Positions 20,390 through 30,191 of a stretch of 64,000 bases of DNA are shown in pieces. Source of the DNA: Bacteroidota bacterium. GTDB lineage: Bacteria > Bacteroidota > Bacteroidia > JABEUT01. The stretch is taken from NCBI GenBank assembly GCA_021823405.1, contig JAKAOA010000002.1:12434-76433 (forward strand). Reading direction: 5' to 3'. The notes below the pieces were generated by a model. The model ran no database searches. It was not told the origin of the DNA and saw only the letters and a program-made list of their open reading frames with translations. Position 1 is the first letter of the stretch, and every line of letters starts with the position of its first letter. The translations under genes and the position numbers were made by a program.

Positions 20390-22414
20390 TTAGTTCTTGC
20401 CATCCGGTTTAAGATTATCCGGCACTGTATTTTTGGGCTGTTCCAATTTAAGAGGTATGGATGAACTTAAAATTTTGAATTCGATGCGGCGGTTTAGTTT
20501 CATTCCTGCAGGGTTCCAGCTCCCGTCAGTATTCTTATTTTTGGCTATAGGGAATTGCGGACCATACCCCTTTGCTACGAGTCGGGTAGAATCTATACCC
20601 AATTTTATGAGGGAATTTACTACGGCTTTCGCCCTTTCGTAAGACAGCTTCATATTCATCTGATCGCTGCCCTGCGCATCGGTATAACCTGAAATCTCTA
20701 CGTTCATGCCTTTGTATCTGGTCATAATGTCGTAAAGATGCGATAACTCCGCTTTAGATTCAGGCGATAACTGGGTGCTGCCGCTCGCGAAGAAAATATT
20801 TTTCAGAATTATTTTCTCACCCACTCTTAACGGATTAAGATCGACTGCCTTATCGATTATAGAATACGCTGTATTGAAACGCACGTCTATATTCTCCGAC
20901 TCGAACAAATAATCTTCCGCGCTATAGGTAATATTATAATTCTTTCCTGACGGCAGAATGATAAGATACCTTCCGGTTGCCGAGTTCGGAACGTAAGTGC
21001 CAATAATTTCGCCTGTTTCATTATCTGTAACCGTTATAGAAATATTTTGGGGTACGGTGCTGTCCACCGCCGATTTTATAATACCTCTGTAAACCGTGAT
21101 TGCTTCAGCTTTCTTTTCCGGAAAAGTGATGCGGTAAATATCCGTTTCTCCCTCTCCGTTATCCTTAAATGAGGAGTAATAAGCTCCCTTGCCGTCAGAT
21201 GTCGGGAAGAAGAAAATATCGTCGCCGGGCGAGTTCACGGGGTAGCCCATATTTACCGGCGCACTCCAGTGACCATTGCTGTCTCTGGCGCTTGAGAAAA
21301 CATCAAAACCGCCCATAGTATTATGGCCTGTGGAACTGAAGTAGAGTGTGCTGTCGTTGGCGCTGATAAAAGGTGCGTCTTCTTCATATTGCGTATTGAT
21401 GTTTGGTCCAAGGTTCATGGCTTTTCCCCACTGTCCGTTTGGCAACAATCGGCTCATATATATATCGCGACCTCCGAAGCCGCCTGGGCGGTTACTTGTA
21501 AAATATAAGGTTTGACCATCCGCGCTGACGCTGGCGCTTGGTTCCCAATATTTAGAATCTACGTTTTCGTCCAATTTTTCAGGAGTCGACCACTGGGTTC
21601 CGTTCAGGTGCGTGGTAAAAATATCGCCTCCGTTCTCGTCGCGATAAATGTATATGGTCTGCCCGTCGGGCGAGATGCCTACTGTTGCAGAGTGCATGCG
21701 GGGCTGGTTTACAGGCGGACCAATATTGAATGCTTTGTCCCAGCTGCTTCCTTTCATATTTGCCATGTATATCTGCTCGAAGAATTTTCCTGTCTCATCT
21801 TTTTCTCCTTCGCGGCGCGAAGTAAAAAATATCTGCGCTTCATCGGCGGTAACCACGGGTGAATAATCGGGATACGGGCTGTTGATATTGCTGCCCAGAT
21901 TCGCTACTGTCATTTTTACCGGATGAGCGACAAGTTCCTTGCCCGTATTACACATCTGTATTGAACGCCTGATGGAAGCCGTCTGCTGCTTGTCTGAAGC
22001 AGTGTCTATCATGCCAAGGAATTTGTTAAAATATCCGATAGCGGAATCGAACCTATAGGAAAGATGACACGCCTTTGCCAGATAGAGATAGGCATCGGCG
22101 GGGGCATGAGTTTCCTTATAATTTCCCGGATTATACTTTTCAGATATGTCATTGCTTGCGGTTAAAAGATAGGGAATAGCCAGTTCCTGATGGGTGGGAG
22201 CGTTTATATAACATACCCCAACCTGAAAATTAATATTGTTGTTATCCACCTGCGTTTGGTGCAGGGTTAGGAAGAGCGGCAACGCCTGATCATATTGGTT
22301 GGTGTTAAATAGCGCTTCCGCCTTTTCATAATCCTTTTTAAAATCCTGCGCGGAAAGAAGAAAACTTGCCTGTAACAGGCAAAGCAGTAAAATGAAGAAT
22401 CGGTTGTTTTTCAT
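20390..22414 (-). CDS. OmpA-family outer-membrane/periplasmic protein with TPR-like and TolB-like beta-propeller repeats and a C-terminal OmpA peptidoglycan-binding domain
   Basis: C-terminal OmpA-like motif (..GYTDAQGSDQMNMKLSYERAKAV..). Repeated WD40/TolB-like segments. Signal peptide. Confidence 0.65.
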   Translation of the reverse strand: MKNNRFFILLLCLLQASFLLSAQDFKKDYEKAEALFNTNQYDQALPLFLTLHQTQVDNNNINFQVGVCYINAPTHQELAIPYLLTASNDISEKYNPGNYKETHAPADAYLYLAKACHLSYRFDSAIGYFNKFLGMIDTASDKQQTASIRRSIQMCNTGKELVAHPVKMTVANLGSNINSPYPDYSPVVTADEAQIFFTSRREGEKDETGKFFEQIYMANMKGSSWDKAFNIGPPVNQPRMHSATVGISPDGQTIYIYRDENGGDIFTTHLNGTQWSTPEKLDENVDSKYWEPSASVSADGQTLYFTSNRPGGFGGRDIYMSRLLPNGQWGKAMNLGPNINTQYEEDAPFISANDSTLYFSSTGHNTMGGFDVFSSARDSNGHWSAPVNMGYPVNSPGDDIFFFPTSDGKGAYYSSFKDNGEGETDIYRITFPEKKAEAITVYRGIIKSAVDSTVPQNISITVTDNETGEIIGTYVPNSATGRYLIILPSGKNYNITYSAEDYLFESENIDVRFNTAYSIIDKAVDLNPLRVGEKIILKNIFFASGSTQLSPESKAELSHLYDIMTRYKGMNVEISGYTDAQGSDQMNMKLSYERAKAVVNSLIKLGIDSTRLVAKGYGPQFPIAKNKNTDGSWNPAGMKLNRRIEFKILSSSIPLKLEQPKNTVPDNLKPDGKN

Positions 22415-22416
22415 GT

Positions 22417-23769
22417 TCAGATGGTTCGGTTTATATCAAAAGATTCAAGATAATCAGATACCCGTTTCAAAAAACTTCCTCCCATGGCTCCATCAACCAC
22501 CCTATGGTCGAATGAAAGTGAGAGATAGGTCATGTGACGTATCCCTATTGTATCGCCCTGCGGGGTTTCGAGCACTACAGGTTTTTTCTTAATTACCCCT
22601 GTGGCAAGTATAGCGACCTGGGGCTGGTTAATAACCGGAGTGCCCATTATGTTGCCGAAAGTGCCTACGTTGGTCAGCGTAAATGTTCCGCCTTGGGTAT
22701 CGTCGGGTATAAGTTTGTTTTTGCGGGCGCGGTTGGCTAGGTCATTCACCGCCCGGGTTAAGCCCAACAGGTTCATCCGGTCGGCGTCTCGTATTACAGG
22801 CACTATCAGGTTACCGGTCGGCAATGCAACAGCCATGCCGATATTTATTCTTTTATGGCGGATAATCTTTGTACCGTCAACCGACACATTCACGAGCGGA
22901 AAATCTTTTATCGCTTTTACAATGGCTTCAATAAAAATAGGAGTGAATGTTAGTTTCTCACCTTCCCGTTTCTCGAAAGTCGCCTTTATTTTTTCACGCC
23001 ATAAAACTATACTGGTAACATCGGTCTCCACAAAGGAACTCACATGTGCGGATGTTCGTTTGCTCATCACCATGTGGTCGGAGATAAGTTTACGCATCCT
23101 GTCCATTTCTATTATCTCATCATCGCCGCTTGCCGTAGCTTTATATTGAGGTGTTGCAGCGCCTATCGGTTCTGTATTTGCAGATAGAACCGTCTGTGGC
23201 GTGCTTTTCCCATTGCTCTGTCTTGCCGGCAGATAGGCGAGAATATCGTTTTTTGTAACTCTGCCTTCTTTTCCGCTGCCAGTTATGGTCTCCAGTTCGG
23301 CGATACCTATCCCTTCCTTCTGTGCTATGCTTCTTACCAGCGGCGAATAGAATTTACCTGACGGCGAGGAATGTCTTATGGGGCTGTGCGATGATGAATG
23401 TTCCGAATAAGCGGGTTGAACAGTTTTTAAATTCTCCTGACTGGTTTTCGTTTCAACGGCATTCATTTTAACTGCCGTTTGTATGGCGGCAGGGGCAGCG
23501 GGATTTGTTCCGTTTCCGGGCTGAACATCGCCCTGCGATATAATGGCAATCGGCTTGCCGACAGCCACCACATCACCCTCTTTGCAAAGTTTTTTAAGCA
23601 ATACCCCTCCCGAAGGCGCCGGAATCTCCGAATCTACCTTATCGGTTGCAATTTCTACGAGTGTTTCGTCGGCATTCACCTTATCGCCCTCGTTCTTAAC
23701 CCATTTGATAATGGTTGCTTCTATTACGCTTTCCCCCATCCGGGGCATCACTATTTCTGTTTGTGGCAT
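22417..23769 (-). CDS. Dihydrolipoamide acyltransferase (E2 component of a 2-oxo acid dehydrogenase complex)
   Basis: N-terminal lipoyl domain (..VEIATDKV..). Pro/Ala-rich linker and E3-binding region. C-terminal catalytic domain with DHRVVDG motif. Confidence 0.85.
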   Translation of the reverse strand: MPQTEIVMPRMGESVIEATIIKWVKNEGDKVNADETLVEIATDKVDSEIPAPSGGVLLKKLCKEGDVVAVGKPIAIISQGDVQPGNGTNPAAPAAIQTAVKMNAVETKTSQENLKTVQPAYSEHSSSHSPIRHSSPSGKFYSPLVRSIAQKEGIGIAELETITGSGKEGRVTKNDILAYLPARQSNGKSTPQTVLSANTEPIGAATPQYKATASGDDEIIEMDRMRKLISDHMVMSKRTSAHVSSFVETDVTSIVLWREKIKATFEKREGEKLTFTPIFIEAIVKAIKDFPLVNVSVDGTKIIRHKRINIGMAVALPTGNLIVPVIRDADRMNLLGLTRAVNDLANRARKNKLIPDDTQGGTFTLTNVGTFGNIMGTPVINQPQVAILATGVIKKKPVVLETPQGDTIGIRHMTYLSLSFDHRVVDGAMGGSFLKRVSDYLESFDINRTI

Positions 23770-23898
23770 TTTGGCTTCGTTACTTAGCGCAAAAATAAGG
23801 TAAAATTCCTAAAACGCCATTATGATACCATTAATTACCTTTTAAAAGTCTGAATAATCCCTTATTACATCATTATATTTAGCATAATTGGGTTTACT

Positions 23899-23906
23899 TA
23901 TATTTG
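23899..23906 (+). promoter_or_regulatory. Candidate -7 box TATATTTG (TAnnTTTG) about 60 bp upstream of the hydrolase gene
   Basis: Consensus match seen in the sequence. Confidence 0.3.
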
Positions 23907-23968
23907 CGGTGACTGCAAACATTCTGGATTAAAAGGAAAATTGGCCCGGCAAAAACAATTCAACATTA

Positions 23969-24754
23969 ATGAAACTCGCTTTCAGGAAGATAGGCAACGG
24001 CAGACCATTATTCATACTGCACGGATTGTTCGGTTCCTCCGACAACTGGCAGACGCTGGGTAAGAAATTTGCCGGCAATTTCACTGTTTTTCTCATTGAT
24101 TTAAGGAATCACGGTCGTTCGCCTCATAGTGATGAATTCAGCTACCGGCTGATGAGCGAAGATTTAAGTGAACTCATGGAGGATGAAGGAATTGAAAAGA
24201 CGACGATTCTCGGTCATTCTATGGGCGGCAAAGCAGCTATGTATTTTGCGGCTTTAAAACCTGAATTGGTAGAAAAACTGGTAGTTGTAGATATTGGGAC
24301 GAGAGAATACAGGGCAACAAACCAGCATGTAATAGATGCCTTGGGGCATATTGATACCCGCAATCTGTCTTCGAGAAAAGATGCGGAAGAAATTCTTAAA
24401 AAATATCTTGATGACGAACCTACACGTCAATTCCTGCTCAAAAACCTCTATTGGACCGATGACGGAAAATTAAACTGGAGATTTAACTTTGAAGCGATAA
24501 GGAGTAATATTAAAAGCATTGGAGAGGCAACGCCGTCGCTTGCCACCCTTGTTCATACGCCCGTGCTTTTTGTGGCAGGCGAGGATTCGGACTATCTGTC
24601 ACGCGGCGATATGGAATATATCCGGGCTTTAATTCCTCTTGCCCGGCTTGAAATTATTCCAGGAGCTGGGCATTGGGTACATGCCGACCAACCAAAACTT
24701 TTCTTCGAGGCGGTGATGCAGTTTCTGGTGATGCCCGGTGACATTCTTATCTAA
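23969..24754 (+). CDS. Alpha/beta-hydrolase fold protein
   Basis: GHSMGG nucleophile elbow. C-terminal HW(V)H motif. 261 aa. Confidence 0.8.
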   Translation: MKLAFRKIGNGRPLFILHGLFGSSDNWQTLGKKFAGNFTVFLIDLRNHGRSPHSDEFSYRLMSEDLSELMEDEGIEKTTILGHSMGGKAAMYFAALKPELVEKLVVVDIGTREYRATNQHVIDALGHIDTRNLSSRKDAEEILKKYLDDEPTRQFLLKNLYWTDDGKLNWRFNFEAIRSNIKSIGEATPSLATLVHTPVLFVAGEDSDYLSRGDMEYIRALIPLARLEIIPGAGHWVHADQPKLFFEAVMQFLVMPGDILI

Positions 24755-24757
24755 ATG

Positions 24758-24886
24758 ATACACTGCCCGTAAGTGATTTTGCGACCGCGTCCCGATGGCT
24801 ATCGGAACGCCCAACTCCCACTTTTCACTAAACTACGGTGAACGGGGGTTGCGAATTTTCGCAACCCGATAGCTATCGGGTTCAAT
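24758..24886. repeat. MITE/REP-like small repeat, copy 1. Conserved ends: TAYACTGCCCGTAAGTGATTTTGCGA ... CCCGATAGCTATCGGGTTCAA. Contains the palindrome CCGATAGCTATCGG.
   Basis: The 26-bp and 21-bp termini are shared with the copy at 37253-37360. Internal palindromic boxes. Confidence 0.6.
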
Positions 24887-24949
24887 TTTGTGACCTGTAT
24901 AAATGCAGAATCAGAAATAGATTTTAGCTCGAACTTGGAGGTGATGGGT

Positions 24950-25036
24950 GGGTATCCACTTTTTGAGGTATTTTTTAGTTAATAACTTGATTATCTAATA
25001 GTTGATTGTATACACTGGGTATACTAATGGATACCA
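24950..25036. repeat. GGTATACC-box repeat, copy A: a 43-bp block GGGTATCCACTTTTTGAGGTATTTTTTAGTTAATAACTTGAT plus GTATAC-containing boxes
   Basis: Near-identical 42-43 bp block and GGTATAC(C) boxes shared with 53455-53550. Confidence 0.55.
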
Positions 25037-25301
25037 TAAGTAATACTTTAAGTAATGAGTTATAAAATTAAGACAATCAACCTAATCACAGATTAACGCT
25101 AATGGAGCTAATCATAACTTCCGGGACAGTGAGAAAGCGTAAATATATATATATTACTGAACATAGGATATTATATGTTAAATATTTTTAACCTGTTGAG
25201 CGATTATACCGCGATATCAATTAGCAGCCCTCATAATGGTTAACTTATTATACCGATATACCGCTAAATCCGGTAAGCCCATAATTTGTATTTTTGCAGT
25301 A

Positions 25302-26024
25302 ATGATAGTGGATATTTTCATACCCTGTTTTATAGACCAGTTATATCCGCAAACGGGATTGAACATGGTTAAGGTGCTTGAGAAAGCCGGCTGCAGGGTT
25401 AATTATAACCCTGAACAGACCTGCTGCGGTCAGCCCGCTTTTAATGCTGGATTCTGGAGCGATGCCAAGAAAGTTGCCTCAAAATTCATTCATGAATTTC
25501 AGAACGACCGCTATATCGTTTCCCCATCGGCTTCGTGCACCGGGTTTGTAAAAAACAGCTATCCGGACCTGTTCAACAACTCTGTGCTGCATAACGAACA
25601 AAAACAGGTTTCCAAGAATATATTTGAATTCAGTTCGTTTTTAGTAAATGTGCTGAAGATTACCGATTTCGGCGCCTCGCTCGAAGGCATAGCCACCTAC
25701 CACGATTCCTGTTCGGGATTGCGCGAGTGCTCAATAAAGAACGAACCGCGCACCTTACTGTCTAATGTACGTAAGCTGGAACTGCGGGAGATGAAAGATA
25801 CTGAAACCTGCTGCGGATTCGGCGGCACGTTTGCAGCCAAATATGAGCCGATAGCGGTAGGTATGGTTTCCGACAAAGTAAAAAACGCCGTTGAAACCGG
25901 GGCGAATTATATCATCTCAACCGATTCATCGTGCCTCCTGCATATTGAAAGCTACATTAAAAAACAGAATTTCAATATTAAGCCGATGCACATAGCTGAC
26001 GTGCTTGCCAGCGGCTGGGAATAA
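25302..26024 (+). CDS. LutA-like (Fe-S)-binding CCG-domain oxidoreductase subunit. The start is chosen at MIVDIFIPCF; the track ORF begins at 25236.
   Basis: Two CCG-type cysteine clusters (CCGQPAFNAGF ; CCGFGGTFA). Family N-terminus FIPCF.DQ.YP. Confidence 0.7.
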   Translation: MIVDIFIPCFIDQLYPQTGLNMVKVLEKAGCRVNYNPEQTCCGQPAFNAGFWSDAKKVASKFIHEFQNDRYIVSPSASCTGFVKNSYPDLFNNSVLHNEQKQVSKNIFEFSSFLVNVLKITDFGASLEGIATYHDSCSGLRECSIKNEPRTLLSNVRKLELREMKDTETCCGFGGTFAAKYEPIAVGMVSDKVKNAVETGANYIISTDSSCLLHIESYIKKQNFNIKPMHIADVLASGWE

Positions 26025-26079
26025 AAGAAACCTGCAGAAGAGATAATTCGTAAAAATAAAATTTTCAGGTAGCTGTAAA

Positions 26080-26982
26080 ATGTGTGTAAAGATGCTTATG
26101 AGAAATAAAACAGGTACCTTTTTCCTTTTATCGATGGTTACAGGCATTGCCGGAGCCCAAATACGCGACTCCGCATCGCTCATCAGGGCGGCAGACAGCC
26201 TCAAAACTATTTACATTTATGCCGATACCGGCGCTGCGCTGAATCGCACCGATGAACAGGGCAGGAAAGAAGGGCTTTGGGAAAAGCGGTACCCCAATGG
26301 TAAGTTAAGGTACAGAGGTCATTTCAGGAATGGCATGCCGACAGGCATTTTCAAATATTACTGGGATAATGACAGCATCCAGAATATTTCTGTTTACACA
26401 GACAACGGCGCCGTTACGCATACGCAGATGTTTTACAGGAGCGGAGGCATTTATGCTACGGGCAAATTTGAAAATAAGCAGATGGACAGCTTGTGGAGTT
26501 TCTACAGCGAGTCGTCGAAACTTGTAACTACAGAGCTATATAAAAAGGGCAAGAAGGAAGGAAAATCAATAATATATTTTCCCGACGGGAACGTAATGGA
26601 TGTGCGAAACTGGCATGATGGCATGTTAAATGGTTTATGGCAAACATTTTATGACGACGGGCAATTACGGTTGCAATTAAATCTGGTAAACAATAAGAAA
26701 GAAGGCAGATTTGTAACTTATGGCGACGGCAGCCCTGAAGAACCGACAGTTGACGGGTATTATAAAAACAATGAGAAAGACGGCGATTGGTTATATACCC
26801 GCATGGATGGCAGCGGAACAGATACCCTGAAATATAAGAACGGGGTTCTTACCAATCCTCAACGGTTTGAGCTGTCGCAACACAACCTCGATTCGTTGAA
26901 GCTGAAATATCAGGATTTACAGGAGCAGCTTGACCATCCGGATGACGGCGTTGATGGTAACCTACGAAATAATTTCCGTTGA
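26080..26982 (+). CDS. Secreted MORN-variant repeat protein (YwqK-family, annotated elsewhere as toxin-antitoxin system YwqK family antitoxin)
   Basis: Repeated G.W..YY.NG.L...G.Y.NG..GL units. Signal peptide. Confidence 0.65.
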   Translation: MCVKMLMRNKTGTFFLLSMVTGIAGAQIRDSASLIRAADSLKTIYIYADTGAALNRTDEQGRKEGLWEKRYPNGKLRYRGHFRNGMPTGIFKYYWDNDSIQNISVYTDNGAVTHTQMFYRSGGIYATGKFENKQMDSLWSFYSESSKLVTTELYKKGKKEGKSIIYFPDGNVMDVRNWHDGMLNGLWQTFYDDGQLRLQLNLVNNKKEGRFVTYGDGSPEEPTVDGYYKNNEKDGDWLYTRMDGSGTDTLKYKNGVLTNPQRFELSQHNLDSLKLKYQDLQEQLDHPDDGVDGNLRNNFR

Positions 26983-27038
26983 GCCTTTAGCAGTGACGAC
27001 GGGTAAGCAATATCGGTTTCAGAAAAGGCATGAGACGC

Positions 27039-28400
27039 CTAAAAGGACGCTTTAATTCGCTGTACAGTCCGCTTATCCGCCGCTTCAATGGTAAAGGTAA
27101 TATTCGCAAAGTGCAACTGTTCTTTCTTTTCAGGTATTCTTCCAGCAAGTTCTATCACAAATCCGCCGAGGGTATCGGCTCCGCCTTTCTGTGCTTGGAA
27201 TATAGAGGGGTCGAGTTCTGTAATTCTGCAAAAATCAACCAGCGATATTTTCCCTTCAAATACAAAATTATGTTCGTCTAATTTTGAATAGATTAATTTA
27301 TCTTCATCAAATTCGTCGCGTATTTCGCCAAGTATTTCCTCCACTATATCCTCAAGTGTTACCATACCCGAAGTGCTTCCGAATTCGTCAACAACTATGG
27401 CGAGGTGAATTTTATTTTCCCTGAATTCTTCAAGAAGGTCGTTAATCTTTTTGCTTTCGGGCACAAAAAAGGGAGGATGCAGAAGCGTTTTCCAGTTAAA
27501 GGAATCATCCTCGTCTGTGCAGGCGATTAGGTCTTTGGTATAAAGAATACCGGTAATTGAGTCGGGCGATGAGGAGTAAATAGGTATTCTGGAAAATCCG
27601 CAGTCGACAGCTTTTTTGAGTAGTACGGTAAAAAGAATATTATCCTGAAAGGCGACAATATCTACGCGGGGCTGCATAATCTCCTTTACATCCTTATTGC
27701 CGAACTGTATAATGTCGCGAAGTATTTTACGCTGTCCTTGCGGCATTGCAGGGGCGGTAATTTCGAGCGCCTCGGAGAGGTTAGCAGTAGATAATCCGGC
27801 TCTTCTGCGAAGGATGTATTTATCGAGAAAAGCAGTTGACAATACAAGCAGAGAGGCGAACGGATAGAAAAGCGACCGTATAATATAGACGAACGCCACC
27901 AGATTTCCGGAAACCTTTAGCGGATTACTTGCCGCAAGTCCTTTCGGTATGGTGTCGCAGAGAAGCAGTATTATCAAGGTAAGACCTACTACCTGAATGA
28001 GAAAAGAAAGTACGGGGTAGGAATGAGTGTTGATGATGCTTTCCGTTATAAATGCAGTAAGTATCACTATGCTCATATTAAAGAAATTGTTAGCAATAAT
28101 GAGCGATGCGAGCACGTGATTTGAATTATCGTAAAGATGCAGGATTTGCATATCTTTTTTCTTCTCCGATGTCTTCAGAATGCTTTTTTCGGTACTCGAA
28201 ATGGAGAACAGAGCAGTTTCGGCGCTCGACACCAATGCCGATAGGGCGATTAATAATAACACAACTATAGCGGCGGTGATAATCGTAAAGGGACCGACCG
28301 AAATTTCCAGCAGAACAGCTAATAGCTTTATACTATAGAAATGAGGGTTTAATACAGCACAAAACATGGATGAAGCGCTCATCGCAAATCTATCGTTCAT
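27039..28400 (-). CDS. gldE: CNNM/HlyC-CorC family membrane protein (DUF21 TM + CBS pair + CorC_HlyC); GldE-like gliding-motility-associated protein
   Basis: Domain order TM - CBS - CorC. Located immediately downstream of ssb, as in flavobacterial gldE loci. Confidence 0.6.
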   Translation of the reverse strand: MNDRFAMSASSMFCAVLNPHFYSIKLLAVLLEISVGPFTIITAAIVVLLLIALSALVSSAETALFSISSTEKSILKTSEKKKDMQILHLYDNSNHVLASLIIANNFFNMSIVILTAFITESIINTHSYPVLSFLIQVVGLTLIILLLCDTIPKGLAASNPLKVSGNLVAFVYIIRSLFYPFASLLVLSTAFLDKYILRRRAGLSTANLSEALEITAPAMPQGQRKILRDIIQFGNKDVKEIMQPRVDIVAFQDNILFTVLLKKAVDCGFSRIPIYSSSPDSITGILYTKDLIACTDEDDSFNWKTLLHPPFFVPESKKINDLLEEFRENKIHLAIVVDEFGSTSGMVTLEDIVEEILGEIRDEFDEDKLIYSKLDEHNFVFEGKISLVDFCRITELDPSIFQAQKGGADTLGGFVIELAGRIPEKKEQLHFANITFTIEAADKRTVQRIKASF

Positions 28401-28409
28401 CTGTATTGC

Positions 28410-28826
28410 TTAAAAAGGAAGTTCCGATGGCGGAGTAATATCCAGGTCCTCGGGTGTAGCGGTAATCGCCTCTACCGAGCCATCGCCGGAAATGTTCTTA
28501 CGGCTTAATATCGTCAGGTTTTCTCCAACCACTTCAGTAGCCCTTTTTTTCGAGCCGTCCTTATCTTCCCATGAGCGCGTTCGGAGGCGTCCTTCTATGT
28601 AAACCTGCATACCTTTTTTAAGCAATTTTTCCGCCACTTCGGCAAGTCCCCTCCATAGCACGATATTGTGCCATTCCGTTGACTCTACTTTCTCGCCGGC
28701 TCTGTTTTTATGAACTTCAGTAGTGGCTAATGGAAAGTTGGCTACGGCTATTCCTCCTTCCAGATAGCGAACTTCAGGGTCTTTTCCTAAGTTACCTATC
28801 AGAATTACTTTGTTTACTCCCGACAT
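28410..28826 (-). CDS. ssb: Single-stranded DNA-binding protein
   Basis: OB-fold N-terminus [21 protein letters not shown]. Acidic C-terminal tail ending DIPF-like (..PPSELPF). Confidence 0.9.
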   Translation of the reverse strand: MSGVNKVILIGNLGKDPEVRYLEGGIAVANFPLATTEVHKNRAGEKVESTEWHNIVLWRGLAEVAEKLLKKGMQVYIEGRLRTRSWEDKDGSKKRATEVVGENLTILSRKNISGDGSVEAITATPEDLDITPPSELPF

Positions 28827-29127
28827 GTTTTTCTGTAATTGGTTGAATATTAAAACACAAATGTATAAGAATTCGTTTACAAATTACTCAAAATGAATAA
28901 AAATATGAATATATGGTAAAAAGCTGCCAATTATCATAAATATACGTTAAACAGGTTTATTTGCATGATTTATCAGAAATTTGCAAACCCGGCGCCGCTC
29001 TTTTTGCCGTCGTGCAGGTAGTCCGTGGTATCTCATTTTGGAAATTAAAGGTATATTAGTACTATGAATTTTTTATGAAGATGTAGGGTGAATACATGAA
29101 TAAGAGGTATGAAAACAGGATAGAATA

Positions 29128-30177
29128 ATGCAAACAAGAAACATACGCCATCTTAATCTGAAGGAGTTAGAATCTTTCTTTCATTCCAAAGGCGAACCCG
29201 GATTCAGAGCCGTTCAGGTGTATGACTGGCTTTGGAAGAAATCAGCGCGTTCGTTCGATGAAATGACCAATCTGTCGAAAAAAATACGTGAAATCCTTAA
29301 AGAATCCTTTGTATTGGAAGGCGCTATAATTGATTATTCACAGGAGAGCAATGATGGTACGGTTAAGAACGCAGTCCGGTTGATTGACGGTAAAAAGGTG
29401 GAGTGTGTTCTTATCCCCGCCGGCAAAAGGATTACCGCATGCGTTTCTTCACAGGTGGGGTGCAGCCTCGATTGCCGGTTCTGCGCTACTGCCAAACTGA
29501 AAAGAGAACGTAACCTGACCTCCGATGAGATTTATGACGAAGTGGTTTTTATTCAAAAGCAGGCGTTGGAAAAATTCAATACCCCGCTTACCAACATAGT
29601 ATATATGGGCATGGGCGAGCCGCTGCTTAACTATGCCAATGTGCTCGATTCCATTGAGAAAATTACCTCACCTGCAGGGTTGAACCTCTCGGCTAAACGA
29701 ATAACATTAAGCACTGCCGGCATTGCCAAAATGATTAAGAAGCTGGGCGATGACGGGGTTAAATTTAACCTTGCTGTTTCGCTCCATGCCGCTACGGATG
29801 AGAAGCGTGACAAGATAATGCCCGTAAACAGAGCTATTCCATTGAAGGAACTTAAAGAATCGTTGCGATATTTTTATAATAAAACCCATTCCCAGATTTC
29901 ATTTGAATATATCGTATTCAACGACTTTAATGATACGCCCGAAGACGCATACCGGCTCGCAGAGTTCTGTAAGCAAGTCCCGTCAAAGGTGAATCTTATT
30001 GAATATAACCCCATTGGCGAAGGGGGCTACAGGCAAACCGCACCCGACAAATTGAATATCTTCTTAAAGTTTATGAAAAACAAAGGGATAATAACTAATG
30101 TGCGGCGAAGCCGGGGAAAAGACATTGATGCCGCTTGCGGGCAACTTGCGAATAGGGTGTTGCAACATCAGCAATAG
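29128..30177 (+). CDS. rlmN: 23S rRNA (adenine2503-C2)-methyltransferase, radical SAM
   Basis: CxxxCxxC radical-SAM cluster (CSLDCRFCAT). Conserved C-terminal Cys. 349 aa. Confidence 0.85.
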   Translation: MQTRNIRHLNLKELESFFHSKGEPGFRAVQVYDWLWKKSARSFDEMTNLSKKIREILKESFVLEGAIIDYSQESNDGTVKNAVRLIDGKKVECVLIPAGKRITACVSSQVGCSLDCRFCATAKLKRERNLTSDEIYDEVVFIQKQALEKFNTPLTNIVYMGMGEPLLNYANVLDSIEKITSPAGLNLSAKRITLSTAGIAKMIKKLGDDGVKFNLAVSLHAATDEKRDKIMPVNRAIPLKELKESLRYFYNKTHSQISFEYIVFNDFNDTPEDAYRLAEFCKQVPSKVNLIEYNPIGEGGYRQTAPDKLNIFLKFMKNKGIITNVRRSRGKDIDAACGQLANRVLQHQQ

Positions 30178-30191
30178 GCGGGCGCGCTTAT

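Noticed and set aside
22601-23149. 182-aa plus-strand ORF inside the E2 gene
   Set aside because: It is embedded antisense in a confidently assigned CDS and has no motifs.
24755-25235. tRNA, or an attB for the secA element, in the long intergenic region
   Set aside because: No tRNA-like cloverleaf or GTTCGAATC box is present. The AGTTACTTACCGTGGCA core is absent.
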